64,000 bases of DNA. Source: Candidatus Levyibacteriota bacterium (GTDB lineage Bacteria > Patescibacteriota > Microgenomatia > Levybacterales > UBA12049). Numbering within the stretch: position 1 is the stretch's first letter; every line of letters begins with the position of its first letter. The stretch covers positions 597,682 to 661,681 of the forward strand of contig PLZJ01000002.1 in NCBI GenBank assembly GCA_003152105.1, read 5' to 3'. Under the pieces are notes generated by a model, which saw nothing but the letters and a program-made list of their open reading frames with translations, was not told the origin of the DNA and searched no databases. Shown here piece after piece: positions 19,821-29,847 of the stretch. A program made the position numbers and the translations under genes.

Positions 19821-20998
19821 AAATATTACTCGTTTCATCCTACCTTCCATATCCACTTTATTCTGGGGGACATATACGTCTTTATAACTTATTGCAAGAA
19901 CTATCAAAAAACAATGAAATTACCCTCGTTTGCGAAGCAAGAAAAGATCAAACCGCAAGCGACATTGAAGTAGTTAAAAAACTAGTCAAGGAACTACATG
20001 TTTTTCCAAGAAAAAAGCAATGGTCATTAGAAACAATTACTAAAACAGGAATAAGTGAAAACGCTTTTTTAATTACTGGACACAATTTACCAGAAATGAA
20101 GGCATTAGTAACTCGTTTACTTATCAAAGAAGCATTTGATGTAATACATGTTGAAACTTCATATGTCTTACAAAATGTCCCAAAAACGAATATTCCTATA
20201 ATATTAACTGAACATAACCTTGAGTATAAAGTATATGAAAAATATGTAAATGCTGCACCGTTTATAATTCGTCCAATTTTACGAATTGATGTAAAAAAGC
20301 TAAAAAAACAAGAAGAAATATATTGGAAGCAAGTAAGTTTTGTTGTGGCAGTTTCAGAACATGAGAAAAATAGTATTGCGCAATTTACAAATAAAGTTGG
20401 TGTTGTGCCAAACGGGGTAGATATACATGCATTTAAATTAAAAAAGTATAAAGATACAGGAAATCATAAACAAGTACTTTTTATCGGAGATTTTAGGTGG
20501 ATACAAAATAGAGATACAGCAGTATATATTCTTGAACATATATGGCCAAAAATTATTCAAAAAATACCAAGTGCTACACTTCGCATAGTTGGAAAGAATA
20601 TTCCTGATGCGTTAATCAGATTGCATAATAAAAGTAGCGTTATATTTTCTAAAAATACAAACGAAAATACCCAGGATATATTTTCCGGTGCAAATATGTT
20701 GCTTTCCCCAATTAGAGTTGGAGGAGGAACGCAGTATAAAATTTTAGAAGCAATGGCAGTTGGAACTCCGGTTGTGACAAACACTTTAGGATCTGTGGGA
20801 CTATTGGTTTCTCATAACAAGAACATTCTAATTGGAAATACAACAGAAGAGCTTGCAAATTTAACTGCAGAAGTTTTAGAAAGTAATGCACTTGCCATGA
20901 AAATTGGAGTAAACTCTCGAAAACTAATTGAAAAGGAATACAGCTGGAAAACAATTGCAAAATCGCTTGAGCAAATATACAAAAACGTACGACTATAA
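19817..20998 (+). CDS. glycosyltransferase family 4
   Basis: GT-B fold with GGGTQYKILEAMAVGTPVV C-terminal motif. Confidence 0.8.
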   Translation: MKILLVSSYLPYPLYSGGHIRLYNLLQELSKNNEITLVCEARKDQTASDIEVVKKLVKELHVFPRKKQWSLETITKTGISENAFLITGHNLPEMKALVTRLLIKEAFDVIHVETSYVLQNVPKTNIPIILTEHNLEYKVYEKYVNAAPFIIRPILRIDVKKLKKQEEIYWKQVSFVVAVSEHEKNSIAQFTNKVGVVPNGVDIHAFKLKKYKDTGNHKQVLFIGDFRWIQNRDTAVYILEHIWPKIIQKIPSATLRIVGKNIPDALIRLHNKSSVIFSKNTNENTQDIFSGANMLLSPIRVGGGTQYKILEAMAVGTPVVTNTLGSVGLLVSHNKNILIGNTTEELANLTAEVLESNALAMKIGVNSRKLIEKEYSWKTIAKSLEQIYKNVRL

Positions 20999-20999
20999 T

Positions 21000-21890
21000 A
21001 TGAAATTATCAATAATAATAGTGAGTTTTAATGCCAAAAAATATTTGCAGGAATGCTTAGAATCAATTAATAAAAATGTTTCAAGTAGTATTTCGTACGA
21101 GATAATTGTTGTAGATAATGCCTCATCTGATGGAAGTGCAGAAATGGTGAAAAAAGTTTTTCCAAAAATCACCCTTGTTGAAAACGAAAATGAAGGATTT
21201 GCAAAAGCCAATAATAAAGGTGTTTCTATTGCAAAAGGAGAATATCTATTATTCTTAAATCCAGATACAATCGTATATAAAAAAACCATTGAGGGAATGT
21301 ATGATTTTATGCAAGATCATAAAGATTGTGGTGCAGCAACTTGTAGGGTAGTAATGGCAAATGGACAATTAGATTATGCATCACATCGTGGTTTCCCAAC
21401 GCCATGGAATTCTTTTTGTTACTTTAGTGGTCTTACTAAGTTGTTTCCACATACCCGTTTTTTTAGTGGCTATACAATGGGATATAAAGACGTGCATACT
21501 ATTCATAAAATTGATGCCTTGGCAGGCGCTTTTATGTTTACCAGAAGAGAAGCAGGAGAAGCGGTTAACTGGTGGGATGCGGATTATTTTTTTAATGGAG
21601 AAGATATTGATTTCTGTTATAGATTAACAGAAAAAAAGTGGAGGATTTATTATGTTCCAACATATAGTATATTACATTATGCAGGCATTTCTGGCGGTAC
21701 AAAGGAACATAGTCAAGAATTAACAACTGCCAATAGAGAGACCAAAATACGAACACAAAAAACAAGGTTTAATGCAATGAGATTATTTTATACAAAGCAC
21801 TATAAGAAAAAATATCCATTATTTTTAACATGGCTTGTTTTTAAAGCAATCGATTATAAAGAAAAAAAAGTACTACAACAGTTTATATAA
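21000..21890 (+). CDS. glycosyltransferase family 2
   Basis: MKLSIIIVSFN...IVVDNASSDGS, LFLNPDT; start moved to in-frame ATG 21000 (track 20928 overlaps the upstream gene). Confidence 0.75.
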   Translation: MKLSIIIVSFNAKKYLQECLESINKNVSSSISYEIIVVDNASSDGSAEMVKKVFPKITLVENENEGFAKANNKGVSIAKGEYLLFLNPDTIVYKKTIEGMYDFMQDHKDCGAATCRVVMANGQLDYASHRGFPTPWNSFCYFSGLTKLFPHTRFFSGYTMGYKDVHTIHKIDALAGAFMFTRREAGEAVNWWDADYFFNGEDIDFCYRLTEKKWRIYYVPTYSILHYAGISGGTKEHSQELTTANRETKIRTQKTRFNAMRLFYTKHYKKKYPLFLTWLVFKAIDYKEKKVLQQFI

Positions 21891-21897
21891 CAAAATT

Positions 21898-23022
21898 ATG
21901 AAAATAGGAATTGATGCAAGATTGTGGAATGAATCGGGAGTAGGAAGATATATTAGAAATTTAGTTTTTGAGCTAAGCGTAATTGACAAAGACAACGATT
22001 ATGTTTTGTTTTTTAGAAAAGAAGAATTTAATCAAGTTGAAATCCGAGCTAAAAACTTTACTAAAAAATTAGCAGATATACCATGGCATACGCTAAGTGA
22101 GCAGTTAAAATTTCCTGCAGTGATTGCAGAAGAGGAAGTTGATATAATGCATTTCCCCTATTTCTCTGTACCAATTTTTTACAATAGACCATTTATCGTT
22201 ACCATTCATGATCTTATTTTACATCATTTTCCAACCGGTAAAGCATCAACGCTTCCTCGATTTGTCTATAGTGCCAAATATTTTGGCTATAAACTTATAT
22301 TACAAGCAGCGGCAGACAAATCTAGCAAAATAATAACTGTATCCAGTGCTACAAAATCAGAAATACGTGACCATCTACAAATCAGAGATGAAAAAATTGT
22401 TGTTATCCACGAAGGTATTGCAAAGCTTAAGGCAAGTCAAAAATTGGAAAACAACATTAAAAAATTTTCTTCATTTGAAAATGGACAATATATATTATAT
22501 GTGGGGAATGCATATCCTCATAAAAATTTACAACTTTTAATTCATGCTTTTTTGGAAGCTCGAAAAACTAATGAAACCTCTCAGCTAATATTAGTTGGTA
22601 CAAGAGATTATTTTTATGCAAGACTTGAAAAATCATTTAAAGATGCAGTAGATGCCAATGCAATAGTTTTTTTTGGTAAAGCGACTGATGATGAACTGGC
22701 ATTATTATATGAAAATGCTAAGGCCACGATTGTTCCTTCTTTAATGGAGGGCTTTGGTCTTCCAGTACTTGAAGCAATGTCTTGTGGAAGTTTGGTAATC
22801 GCATCAAATATACCTGCCTTAAAAGAAATCGGTGGAGATGTGCCTATTTATTTCAACTCAAATAGTCTTGACGAATTAGAAACCATAATACAAGAGGTGC
22901 TAGGGAAAAGTAGTGCTACTTATAAAGAAAGAATTGAAAAAGGAAAAGCATTAGTTAAAAAATACTCATGGCAAAAGATGGCAAAGGAAACATTAAAAAT
23001 ATACACACAAGCTGCGTACTAA
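21898..23022 (+). CDS. glycosyltransferase family 4
   Basis: MKIGIDARLW N-terminus, EGFGLPVLEAMSCG motif; start moved to in-frame ATG 21898. Confidence 0.8.
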   Translation: MKIGIDARLWNESGVGRYIRNLVFELSVIDKDNDYVLFFRKEEFNQVEIRAKNFTKKLADIPWHTLSEQLKFPAVIAEEEVDIMHFPYFSVPIFYNRPFIVTIHDLILHHFPTGKASTLPRFVYSAKYFGYKLILQAAADKSSKIITVSSATKSEIRDHLQIRDEKIVVIHEGIAKLKASQKLENNIKKFSSFENGQYILYVGNAYPHKNLQLLIHAFLEARKTNETSQLILVGTRDYFYARLEKSFKDAVDANAIVFFGKATDDELALLYENAKATIVPSLMEGFGLPVLEAMSCGSLVIASNIPALKEIGGDVPIYFNSNSLDELETIIQEVLGKSSATYKERIEKGKALVKKYSWQKMAKETLKIYTQAAY

Positions 23023-23052
23023 ACACGACTGCACTCTGATATAATCTGATGA

Positions 23053-24138
23053 GTGAAAGTAGCAATCGTTTATGATAGAGTGAATAAATGGGGAGGCGCA
23101 GAAAGAGTATTGCTTGCCTTACATAAACTATTTCCAAATGCCCCTCTTTACACATCTGTTCATAACAATACTAGCGCACCCTGGTCAAAAGTATTTACAG
23201 TAATTCCTTCTTTTTTACAAAACTTCCCTTTTGCAAAAAATAGTCATGAATTATATCCGCTGCTTATGCCAATAGCTTTTGAATCTTTTTCATTTGATAA
23301 ATATGATCTTGTGATATCTGTAACAAGTGAATCAGCAAAAGGTATAATAACAAAACCTCACACAAAACATATTTGCTACTTACTAACCCCAACAAGATAT
23401 TTGTGGAGTGGCTATAAAAACTATTTTAAAAATGAGTATGTAAGATTTCTTAGTTACCCATTGATATGGTATTTAAGAACGTGGGATATTATTGCATCTA
23501 AAAGACCAGATGCATATATTGCTATTTCAAAAGAAGTACAAAAGCGTATTAAAAAATATTACAATGAAGAATCATTGCTCTTGTATCCTCCAGTCTATTC
23601 AAATTTAGCAAAAATGAAAAACAAAATAAAAGGAGTAGAAAGTCAAAAGCCTTATTTTTTAATTGTATCAAGACTTGTGGATTATAAAAGAATAGATATT
23701 GCAATAGAAGCATGCAATGAACTTGCTCTTCCTCTTAAAATAGTAGGGATTGGTAGTTCTGAACAAGCACTTAGAAATATAGCTGGCTCAACAATAGAAT
23801 TTTTAGGTAGCTTGACTGACGATGAGCTTATTAGGTATTATAAGGGGTGCAAAGCACTGTTATTTCCTGGACATGAAGATTTTGGATTAACAGTAATTGA
23901 GGCTCATTTATTTGGAAAGCCAGTTATAGCATACAAAAAAGGTGGAGCTCTTGAAACCATCAATGAGGGTAAAACAGGAGAATTTTTTTACCCGCAGACA
24001 AAATCAGCTCTTATTGATACAATAAGATACTTTATGAGCAAGACTTACGATGCTCAAAGTTGCAAAAAACAAGCATCGCTATTTAATGAAAAAAAATTTA
24101 ATTCAGAACTTTTGCGCATAATTGGAGAATTTATATGA
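23053..24138 (+). CDS. glycosyltransferase family 4
   Basis: GTG start immediately after an in-frame TGA; KVAIVYDRVNKWGGAERVLLALHKLFPNAPLYT N-terminus; EDFGLTVIEAHLFG motif. Confidence 0.75.
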   Translation: MKVAIVYDRVNKWGGAERVLLALHKLFPNAPLYTSVHNNTSAPWSKVFTVIPSFLQNFPFAKNSHELYPLLMPIAFESFSFDKYDLVISVTSESAKGIITKPHTKHICYLLTPTRYLWSGYKNYFKNEYVRFLSYPLIWYLRTWDIIASKRPDAYIAISKEVQKRIKKYYNEESLLLYPPVYSNLAKMKNKIKGVESQKPYFLIVSRLVDYKRIDIAIEACNELALPLKIVGIGSSEQALRNIAGSTIEFLGSLTDDELIRYYKGCKALLFPGHEDFGLTVIEAHLFGKPVIAYKKGGALETINEGKTGEFFYPQTKSALIDTIRYFMSKTYDAQSCKKQASLFNEKKFNSELLRIIGEFI

Positions 24139-25217
24139 AAATAATTGTATTTGCAGGTGGTGTCGGAACAAGACTTTGGCCATTATCTAGAAAAAATACA
24201 CCAAAACAGTTTGAGAAAATTATTGGAGAAAGATCAACACTTCAAGAAGCGGTCTTTCGTCTTCAACCTACGTTTAAACCTGATGAAATTATTGTCGCAA
24301 CGGGAATAAGATATAAAGATATAGTCGAACGACAACTTCCAGAACTTCCAAAAGAAAACTTTTTATACGAACCTGAAATGAGAGACGTGGGTCCTGCAAT
24401 TGGAATGGCGACAATGATACTAAATAAAATGGATCCAGATGAACCAATGGCAATTATATGGAGTGATCATATGGTCAAAAATGTTGAAGCATTTCAAAAG
24501 GCGCTGGAATTAGCAAAGGAAAAAGTATTAGACAGTACAGCTAAGTTTATATTTATCGGTCAAAAGCCTAGATTTGCAAATCAAAATATTGGTTGGATTC
24601 ATTGTGGTGATAAAGTAGAGGAAGAAAATAATATTGCTTTATATAAATTTAAAAAACTAAAATACAGGCCAAAACTCTCACAGGCAGAAGATTTCTTCAA
24701 AGATGAAAGTTATGTTTGGAATTTTGGTTATTTTGTCACCACGCCTCGTTTTTTGAGTGAACTATATGAAGTGTATGTTCCAGAAATGTACGCTAAATTA
24801 TCTAAAATTCAAAGCGCCTATGATACTCCTTCGTTTGAAGAAACAGTTGCAAAAATATATCCAACGCTTGAAAAATTAAGTTTTGATGACGCAATTTTGG
24901 AAAAGCTTACTCCGAAGAATATTTACGTAATCTCTGTCGATGTAGGATGGAGTGATATAGGTGCTTGGGAAGCTTTAAAGGAAGCATTAAGTACCTCATC
25001 TGATGAAAATGTAACAAAAGGAAAAGTTATGGTTGAAGATAGTAAAGATACATTAGTATTTAATTATACTAATCAACTTCTGGTTGGCATTGATCTTTCT
25101 GAAATGCTTGTTATTGCAACTGATGATGTAGTACTTGTTTGCCCAAAAACTGCAGTACCAAAAATTAAAAAATTAGTTGAAAGTTTATCCGGTACCGAAA
25201 ATGAACATTTAACTTAG
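24135..25217 (+). CDS. mannose-1-phosphate guanylyltransferase (GDP-mannose pyrophosphorylase)
   Basis: MKIIVFAGGVGTRLWPLSRKNTPKQF nucleotidyltransferase N-terminus, 360 aa. Confidence 0.8.
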   Translation: MKIIVFAGGVGTRLWPLSRKNTPKQFEKIIGERSTLQEAVFRLQPTFKPDEIIVATGIRYKDIVERQLPELPKENFLYEPEMRDVGPAIGMATMILNKMDPDEPMAIIWSDHMVKNVEAFQKALELAKEKVLDSTAKFIFIGQKPRFANQNIGWIHCGDKVEEENNIALYKFKKLKYRPKLSQAEDFFKDESYVWNFGYFVTTPRFLSELYEVYVPEMYAKLSKIQSAYDTPSFEETVAKIYPTLEKLSFDDAILEKLTPKNIYVISVDVGWSDIGAWEALKEALSTSSDENVTKGKVMVEDSKDTLVFNYTNQLLVGIDLSEMLVIATDDVVLVCPKTAVPKIKKLVESLSGTENEHLT

Positions 25218-25230
25218 ATCTCTACTTTTT

Positions 25231-25896
25231 ATGCCCAACACTGACGTTAAAAAAAGCTTACCTTACGAATTAGCTAAGCGATTGTTTGATATTATTGCTT
25301 CAATTATTTTACTCATTATTTTTTTTCCAATAATTTTAGTTGTGGCAATACTTATAAAACTTGATTCACCAGGCCCTGTTTTTGCAGATACACCTGAAAG
25401 AGTTGGCAATAAAGGGGAACTGTTTAAAATGTATAAATTCCGATCAATGATACAAAATGCACATCAATTACTTCGCGAAGATCCACAATTTTCAACTCTT
25501 TATTCTGATTATAAAACGGGTAGCTACAAATTAAAAGAAGACCCACGTATTACAAAAGTGGGTAGCTTTTTGCGAAAACATTCACTCGATGAAGTGCCGC
25601 AGTTTATAAATGTGCTATTTGGTGATATGAGTTTAGTGGGCCCAAGAGCATATTATCCTGATGAGCTTCGAGATCAACAAAAAAAATACCCAAACACCAA
25701 GGAAGCAGTCAAAATTGTGTTATCAGTCAGGCCAGGAATAACAGGATACTGGCAAGTTAATGGAAGAAGTCAAATTAATTTTGATAAAAGAATTGAAATG
25801 GATGCAACGTATGTGAGAAAACGATCAATGATTTATGACTTGTATATTATCTTACAAACACCGTGGGCTATGATATCTGGCAAAGGGGCACTTTAA
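25231..25896 (+). CDS. initiating polyprenyl-phosphate hexose-1-phosphate transferase (bacterial sugar transferase domain, WbaP/PssY type)
   Basis: Single TM helix then LFKMYKFRSM and DEVPQFINVLFGDMSLVGPR motifs. Confidence 0.85.
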   Translation: MPNTDVKKSLPYELAKRLFDIIASIILLIIFFPIILVVAILIKLDSPGPVFADTPERVGNKGELFKMYKFRSMIQNAHQLLREDPQFSTLYSDYKTGSYKLKEDPRITKVGSFLRKHSLDEVPQFINVLFGDMSLVGPRAYYPDELRDQQKKYPNTKEAVKIVLSVRPGITGYWQVNGRSQINFDKRIEMDATYVRKRSMIYDLYIILQTPWAMISGKGAL

Positions 25897-25906
25897 GGTC
25901 TTTTAT

Positions 25907-25936
25907 TTGACAAAATATATATACTTTAGCTATTAT
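25907..25936 (+). promoter_or_regulatory. promoter TTGACA-18-TATTAT ending 6 nt before ATG 25943
   Basis: Consensus -35 at 25907-25912, -10 at 25931-25936; no SD; implies a leaderless transcript. Confidence 0.4.
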
Positions 25937-25942
25937 TATTTC

Positions 25943-27925
25943 ATGTCAACTTTTGAAAAAATCGATTTTGCAAATTATGTAGGTAAAGAAAAAGCCCAAC
26001 CAACAGAAACAATGACTATGTCCAGAAGAAGATCAAAAAGAAAATTTGAAATACTAAAATCCAAAAAACTAGGAATTGCTCTTGGTATATTTCTTGTCAT
26101 TGTTGTGATTTTAGTTTTTGCGATCGTACTTCCTGCTAAAAAACTGTACAGCTCAGTAAAAGTCACTGAAGCTGATGCTAAACTCGCTGCATCTGCAATG
26201 AAGATGGAAAACATTGAACTTGCATCAACGTATCTTGGTACTACAAGAACAGATCTTATGCAAACGCAAGCAGATTTACATAAGATGTCATATTTACACT
26301 TTATACCAATTGCAAGTTGGTATTATAGTGATGGAGATCATTTAGTGAATGCAGGGTTTGATGGTTTAGATGCTGTTGATACTATTGTAAATGCAATTAA
26401 ACCAAATGCGGATCTTCTTGGATTAAAAGGAAAAGGAAGTTTTGTAGGTGGATCTGCTGAGCAGCGAATTTCTACAGCTGTTGCAACACTTGGAACAGTC
26501 ACACCCAAAATAGATGATATAGCTAAATCTCTTGAAGCAGCTAAAGTTGAAATAGATGCCGTAGACCTAGGGCATTACCCAACAATCTTAGGTGGAGGGA
26601 AAATAAATACACAGCTTACGAGCGCAAAGAAACTATTAGACGAAGGATCTGTATTTATATCAGATGCACAACCACTTATTAAAGTTTTGCCTTCTCTTCT
26701 TGGTGAACCTGATCAAAAAAAGTATTTAGTTATATTCCAAAACGACAAAGAACTTAGACCTACTGGAGGTTTTATTACTGCTTACGCAGTGTTTGATATA
26801 AATAAGGGAGTTATAAGCGTTGAGCAATCAAGTGATATTTATGAACTTGATGCCACAATTTCAAATAAACCTCAGGCACCTACGCCAATATTAAAATATT
26901 TACCAAATGTATATGTATGGAATTTAAGAGATACAAACCTATCTCCTGATTTTATAGTTTCAATGCAAGAATTTAAGAAATTATATGCATTAAGTAGTGG
27001 TCCAAAAGTGGATGGAATTATTGCTCTTGATACGAGTATGCTCGTCTCAACAATGGATATTTTAGGCGATATTCAAACAGAAGGAACTACCTTTACTACC
27101 CAAACTGATGCAAGATGTGAATGTCCACAAGTAATTTATGCACTTGAGCAGGCAGACCAGCCAGTAAATTATATTAAGTCAAATAGAAAAGGATTAATAG
27201 GAGATTTAATGTACTCCATTTTGCACAAAGCGCTTTCATCTTCTCCAAAGTTATATTGGGGACCATTATTTCAAAGTGCAATTGCACAAATTGGACAAAA
27301 ACATTTATTATTTGATTTAAACGATCCAAACGCGCAACAAGGGCTTGAAGCACTAAACACAGCTGGTCAAATAATACCATTTAATGGTGATTATCTACAC
27401 GTAAATGATACAAATTTTGCCAGTGGTAAAGCAAACTTATATGTCCAAGAAGCAGTTACGCAAGATTATCAGTTACAAAGTGATGGATCAATTAACAAAA
27501 CAATTACGATTAAATATACAAATAATCATCCACCTTCAGATTGTAGTTTGGCATCAGGCGGTTTATGTTTAAATACTACGTATCGGGATTGGAATAGAAT
27601 ATATGTTCCAGAAGGAAGTCAACTACTCAGTAGTACTGGATCAGAAGTAAAAGTTACCTCTTATAATGATCTTGGTAAAACTGTTTTCGAGAGTTTTTTC
27701 TCTGTAAGACCTCTTGGAGAAAAAACATTTACAGTTTCATATAAATTACCATTTAAATTAAAAGACAAATCAGACTTGCCACTACTTATTCAAAAACAGC
27801 CGGGAACAAATGGTAATATTAATGCCATAACAATAAATGGAAGTCCATTTACTGCCGGAGTAAATAATCAGAACGTACAAACTTTTCCTCTTCAAACCGA
27901 TCAACAAATTCAAGTTAAATTCTAA
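25943..27925 (+). CDS. DUF4012 domain membrane-anchored protein
   Basis: N-terminal TM helix. Core YLVIFQNDKELRPTGGFITAYAVFDINKG resembles DUF4012. Start taken at ATG 25943 (track uses TTG 25907, which lies in the promoter). Confidence 0.55.
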   Translation: MSTFEKIDFANYVGKEKAQPTETMTMSRRRSKRKFEILKSKKLGIALGIFLVIVVILVFAIVLPAKKLYSSVKVTEADAKLAASAMKMENIELASTYLGTTRTDLMQTQADLHKMSYLHFIPIASWYYSDGDHLVNAGFDGLDAVDTIVNAIKPNADLLGLKGKGSFVGGSAEQRISTAVATLGTVTPKIDDIAKSLEAAKVEIDAVDLGHYPTILGGGKINTQLTSAKKLLDEGSVFISDAQPLIKVLPSLLGEPDQKKYLVIFQNDKELRPTGGFITAYAVFDINKGVISVEQSSDIYELDATISNKPQAPTPILKYLPNVYVWNLRDTNLSPDFIVSMQEFKKLYALSSGPKVDGIIALDTSMLVSTMDILGDIQTEGTTFTTQTDARCECPQVIYALEQADQPVNYIKSNRKGLIGDLMYSILHKALSSSPKLYWGPLFQSAIAQIGQKHLLFDLNDPNAQQGLEALNTAGQIIPFNGDYLHVNDTNFASGKANLYVQEAVTQDYQLQSDGSINKTITIKYTNNHPPSDCSLASGGLCLNTTYRDWNRIYVPEGSQLLSSTGSEVKVTSYNDLGKTVFESFFSVRPLGEKTFTVSYKLPFKLKDKSDLPLLIQKQPGTNGNINAITINGSPFTAGVNNQNVQTFPLQTDQQIQVKF

Positions 27926-27928
27926 TTT

Positions 27929-27957
27929 TTGTAACTTACCCATAAATTGTATATACT
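27929..27957 (+). promoter_or_regulatory. promoter TTGTAA-17-TATACT ending 6 nt before recO ATG
   Basis: Hexamers at 27929-27934 and 27952-27957. Confidence 0.45.
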
Positions 27958-27963
27958 AATACT

Positions 27964-28533
27964 ATGCGTTCTGTCAAAACTGAAGGAATTGTTATAAAAC
28001 GCAAAAACTACGGAGAAGCTGATAGATTAGTAACTGTTTTTACAAAAGATTTTGGCAAAATTACGGTTAAGGCAGGTGGAGTAAGACGAATAACAAGCAG
28101 AAGGTCCTCACATATTGAACTTCTTAATTTATCTGAAATTTATTTATATAAAGGTCGATCATATTTTACTTTAACAGAAGCGATTGTAATGAAAAACTTC
28201 TTAGCTATTAAAGATAACTTAGTAACTATTGGTTTTGCATATCATATTTGTGAGCTTATTGACGGATTATGCGCAGAGAACCAAGAAAATGAAAAAGTAT
28301 TTCATCTGCTAAAGAATACGCTTTCAAAACTCGTTGCAATAACTGAAAGTGGAAAAGAAGACGATTTAGTTTCGACAGTTCATGCATTCGAAGTAGATTT
28401 ATTAATAATGCTTGGATTTTGGCATGTACCGGAAGGGATTCCAACGAAGCGTGTAAATATACACTCAATTATCGAAAATTTATTAGAAAGAAAATTAAAA
28501 AGCAAACAAATAATTCTACAAATAAAAAATTAA
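27964..28533 (+). CDS. recO: DNA repair protein RecO (short form, 189 aa)
   Basis: N-terminus MRSVKTEGIVIKRKNYGEADRLVTVFTKDFGKI typical of the RecO OB-fold domain. Confidence 0.6.
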   Translation: MRSVKTEGIVIKRKNYGEADRLVTVFTKDFGKITVKAGGVRRITSRRSSHIELLNLSEIYLYKGRSYFTLTEAIVMKNFLAIKDNLVTIGFAYHICELIDGLCAENQENEKVFHLLKNTLSKLVAITESGKEDDLVSTVHAFEVDLLIMLGFWHVPEGIPTKRVNIHSIIENLLERKLKSKQIILQIKN

Positions 28534-28578
28534 ACCCAACTTTTTTAGAAATTTGCGTTGTGTAGTATACTATAGTCT

Positions 28579-29826
28579 ATGAAAAATAAACGAATTGCAG
28601 TTATTGCGTACCATACCTGTCCGCTTTCTGATGAAGGTCAAGAAATTGGTGGGATGAATATTTATGTCTTAGAAATGTCTAAAATGCTCGCCAAAAAAGG
28701 CTTTATCATTGATATTTTTACAAGATGTCAGGACAATAAGAGTGAAAAAATAGTTGAAGTTTGTCCAAATCTTCGTGTTATTCATCTTGTTGCAGGAAAG
28801 TCCGCACCAATTGAGAAACGTAAATTACGTCCTTTGATTCCTGCATTTATTGTAAGTTTTGATAAATTTGTAAATGAGGAAAAACTTCATTACGATATTG
28901 TTGATTGTCACTATTACCTTTCGGGTATTATAGGGCTTGCTATCAAAGCTACATATAAAATACCACTTTTTATGAAATATCATACGCTTGGCATTATGAA
29001 GAATTTAGTGGCAAGAGATGAAGATGAGACTGAAGATATTTATCGAATTAAAACTGAAATGCATCTTGCAAGACAATCTGATAAGATTTTTGCAAATAGT
29101 CGAACTGAAGAAGCATATATTGAGTCACTTTATGGGGCACGTAAAGATGCGATTATTATTCTATCCCCAGGAGTGAATGTTGAATTATTTCATCCATATG
29201 ATAAGGTTACTGCAAAAAAAGAAGTAGGGGCACCACTAGAGAAGAAAATGATTTTATTCGTAGGACGACCTGAGCCATTAAAAGGAATTGATACGCTGAT
29301 GTATGCAGTAAAGATACTTATTGAAAAAGATCCTTTGCTCTCATTATCTCTTTGGATCGTTGGTGGAATTGTGGGTAAGAATATCGATACTTGGTCAAAA
29401 GAACTTAAAAAACTTGAGAGTTTACGCAGAACATTGTCAATTAGCTCGAACGTGCATTTTATAGGTAGAAAAAGTCAGGAAGAATTGCCAAGTTTTTATA
29501 ATGCAGCTGATATTGTTGTGTTGCCTTCACACTATGAATCCTTTGGTATTACTGCGCTTGAAGCAATGGCATGCGGTACACCTGTTGTAACAACTGATGT
29601 AACGGGAGTAGCTGATTTATTTGATAAAAAACACTCTCCACTTATCACTTCTGCACACAATCCTATTCGACTTGCGCAAAAACTACATAATTTGTTAACT
29701 GACAAAAAGATGTATGAAAAATCTAGTAAAGAGGTTTTTGAAAAAGTACAAGATTTAAGTTGGAGTAAAATTGCGGACAAATATATATCGGTTGTAAATA
29801 AATGTACAACGCGTAGTGTTTTGTAG
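28579..29826 (+). CDS. glycosyltransferase family 4 (MshA / glycogen-synthase-like)
   Basis: MKNKRIAVIAYHTCPLSDEGQEIGGMNIYV N-terminus; ESFGITALEAMACGTPVV motif. Confidence 0.75.
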   Translation: MKNKRIAVIAYHTCPLSDEGQEIGGMNIYVLEMSKMLAKKGFIIDIFTRCQDNKSEKIVEVCPNLRVIHLVAGKSAPIEKRKLRPLIPAFIVSFDKFVNEEKLHYDIVDCHYYLSGIIGLAIKATYKIPLFMKYHTLGIMKNLVARDEDETEDIYRIKTEMHLARQSDKIFANSRTEEAYIESLYGARKDAIIILSPGVNVELFHPYDKVTAKKEVGAPLEKKMILFVGRPEPLKGIDTLMYAVKILIEKDPLLSLSLWIVGGIVGKNIDTWSKELKKLESLRRTLSISSNVHFIGRKSQEELPSFYNAADIVVLPSHYESFGITALEAMACGTPVVTTDVTGVADLFDKKHSPLITSAHNPIRLAQKLHNLLTDKKMYEKSSKEVFEKVQDLSWSKIADKYISVVNKCTTRSVL

Positions 29827-29847
29827 TTACACAAAGGCTATATAGGA

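Noticed and set aside
23049-23051. ATG codons sitting right at -10 boxes (23049; 52033; 49076)
   Set aside because: They are out of frame with the downstream conserved protein and hit stops within 3-20 codons. The in-frame GTG 23053, ATG 52085 and ATG 49092 are used instead.
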